The translations under genes were made by a program, and so were the position numbers. From contig CAZFVS010000057.1 of assembly GCA_964522265.1 (NCBI GenBank), forward strand, positions 1-6,633: 6,633 nucleotides of DNA. Reading direction: 5' to 3'. How positions within the stretch are numbered: the stretch's first letter is position 1; every line of letters starts with the position of its first letter. Positions 6,301-6,633 of the stretch are shown here, piece by piece. The notes beneath the pieces are model-generated. The model was not told where the DNA came from and ran no database searches. It saw only the letters and a program-made list of their open reading frames with translations. Origin of the DNA: an uncultured Gammaproteobacteria bacterium (GTDB lineage Bacteria; Patescibacteriota; Microgenomatia; Daviesbacterales; UBA10151).

Positions 6301-6451
6301 GGTAAGAGGTGGCGGAAATATGCGTGTTAGGGTTGCCACCAGCCGTAATAGAAGCCAATATGAAGACGGGGAAAAGGGCGGTCCTAATAATTGCGGCATG
6401 GGTTCTCAAACAGATGAATACACCATGCCTGCCCAATTTTTAGCGGCTTGA
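3335..6451 (+). CDS. Giant orphan protein (1038 aa): N-terminal HEAT/ARM-like repeats, long K/E/L-rich helical (coiled-coil-like) middle, C-terminal globular Cys-containing domain and a Gly/polar tail; function unknown
   Basis: The ORF is an uninterrupted 3.1 kb with a consensus promoter immediately upstream. HEAT-like units are visible: LEDQFPRVKQEAAIQLRLLANSG, NDYDAQRVAIQLVTSEALDPRIKKLVLRKLCQ, YAHPSRELRETAFASISPV. I see no signal peptide, TM segment, Walker A, HExxH or CxxC motif. The alternative start M92 (ATG 3608) has a GAGG 5 nt upstream, but promoter placement favours 3335. Confidence 0.88.
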   Translation: MFTEKEVSLFSILNNLLANNQLELKKLTGEVKEPFLKKYPTSIINIKSFYPKEDFTKVLDQSIYKPIYNQSVKLPVFNPKKPAADIPVEVSMRVSEQQKIAGQALTIASLKGTLDEEYQKHKKALIKTALEDQFPRVKQEAAIQLRLLANSGLDGEIVRHMAALTRRIIRQKGQIAKLSTEQALAIRTICSLNDYDAQRVAIQLVTSEALDPRIKKLVLRKLCQTSFFNKYYGISDFISQYTSQDSREIPWDKFRPLISLYAHPSRELRETAFASISPVMSRGGYWLSDAIADYRDKTPNIPDRAFLQVLALSENSKIPIEKFDALFSLADKNRAVSEELTMLLTYLLEKDSCYDNGHYERGRILRALLQDDPNPDFLSVFISCLKKSLFMLRQARLDYLECSKFISCLYDPSGSAYKRSHSLAAACAAKPPSLQVIDKALEKQIVKKIRQILPKGSDVKKIAQLHSSWDGMEPFLIYISRLYDHQSDLYKDVLALMGEIIAHIDPPSFEEWKKWRYDLNNQKVNEQVGFLSSETLDAWISDYVVDLSDIQSEDVSEKIIKIREIFDQFADSGLKETGSVDIRQIEDKLRILTKFISLKDDLELAKRAAKSIGELNATECRKRRALKKAGFSTLKTTGQIHSEIGKIREGLGAENEVKIKNLAVAGIIKKYTQAKSHLEYLRSKNIQPTGEDLTHVSLLQNQLIGTLGNGFESLLKDYQNIAVLTANLPKIIDPKLADFLSRYGLKKSSPSEKLEAVINFIQNGIIELTHTEPMLDSDERRIYKTIKDLKIQKEILSLLTAKPATLSNKQLKEKLAVLVKGLGEYKDLSTKLAVLQEDAGKEHSGKNNGLVFIFTDHPLVALTVGKYPAGAVSCQSYWNGSDSLAAYPADAMTKLCLLVDKNSLPEDVAEKLDNATTNEEKLAVFNSNTYAFLDAMVARRVIKIVRNDQNQEPYIFLEPVYTSYNQTLMINYLNKFALGFLHPATGLPLVRGGGNMRVRVATSRNRSQYEDGEKGGPNNCGMGSQTDEYTMPAQFLAA

Positions 6452-6463
6452 TTTTTGATTTGC

Positions 6464-6633
6464 ATGTCTAAACAGGAACTGGATAATAATTTTGAACTTG
6501 ACCCATTGCTTTGGGATGTAAACCTGCGTATCCCCGGCCCCACCCCCTGTCCTCCCCAGGTTTCAAAAGCCATGTCCCACCCGATGGTTAACCACCGGAG
6601 TACCAACTATTTTATCCCGCTTGCCAGGAAAAT
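6464..6633 (+). CDS. Class V PLP-dependent aminotransferase (serine-pyruvate/alanine-glyoxylate aminotransferase-like), N-terminal 56 codons; continues beyond the right edge
   Basis: Hand translation from ATG 6464 gives MSKQELDNNFELDPLLWDVNLRIPGPTPCPPQVSKAMSHPMVNHRSTNYFIPLARK, open to the window end. The block L.IPGPTP.P..V..AM..PM.NHRS..F is the characteristic N-terminal signature of AGXT/SGAT-type class V aminotransferases. It is absent from the ORF track because there is no stop in the window. Confidence 0.8.
   Translation, partial: MSKQELDNNFELDPLLWDVNLRIPGPTPCPPQVSKAMSHPMVNHRSTNYFIPLARK

Noticed and set aside
6449-6451. Possible UGA recoding (genetic code 4 or 25, as in some uncultivated lineages), which would fuse the giant ORF to the aminotransferase
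   Set aside because: None of the long ORFs in the window (444, 213, 1038 aa and the two partial genes) contains an in-frame TGA. In an AT-leaning genome using TGA as a sense codon, such ORFs would normally be peppered with TGA. Standard code 11 explains everything seen here.
6531-6558. C-rich tract tccccggccccaccccctgtcctcccca, a sharp GC spike in an AT-leaning region
   Set aside because: It is the direct coding consequence of the conserved Pro/Gly-rich IPGPTPCPPQ motif of the aminotransferase, not a regulatory element or foreign insertion.
6406-6606. 66-aa minus-strand ORF (TTG start) at the right end
   Set aside because: The opposite (+) strand encodes the highly characteristic IPGPTP...AM..PM.NHRS N-terminus of class V aminotransferases starting at 6464. 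The minus ORF also overlaps the giant gene's stop and uses a TTG start right after a TAG.
1-6633. CRISPR arrays, IS/transposase ends, integrases, long inverted or direct repeats
   Set aside because: I could not detect any on either strand by eye. Apart from the RhuM-family gene there is no mobile-element hallmark in the window.

Overview
Compact, AT-leaning bacterial window with six protein-coding genes and no RNA genes, CRISPR arrays or transposases that I can see. The first and last genes run off the window edges and are missing from the ORF track; I found them by hand translation. Left to right: (1) 1..782 (-), a RhuM-family protein with its C-terminus beyond the left edge. (2) 914..2248 (+), an alanyl-tRNA synthetase that stops after the catalytic and tRNA-recognition domains (444 aa) and lacks the editing and C-Ala domains. 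(3) 2252..2530 (-), a small membrane-anchored protein. (4) 2591..3229 (-), a RodZ-like HTH/transmembrane protein. (5) 3335..6451 (+), a 1038-aa orphan protein with HEAT-like repeats at the N-terminus, a long K/E/L-rich helical middle and a C-terminal globular domain I cannot place in any family. (6) 6464..>6633 (+), the N-terminus of a class V (AGXT/SGAT-type) PLP aminotransferase, 12 nt after the giant ORF. The items most worth follow-up are the giant orphan protein with its C-terminal domain, and the editing-less mini-AlaRS. A further pattern is that near-consensus sigma70-type promoters sit directly against start codons that have no Shine-Dalgarno, suggesting leaderless or near-leaderless mRNAs, while the RhuM gene has a strong SD. 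The tight spacing and gene content fit a small-genome uncultivated bacterium (CPR/Patescibacteria-like), but that is inference only. All family assignments come from reading motifs by eye; no searches were run.
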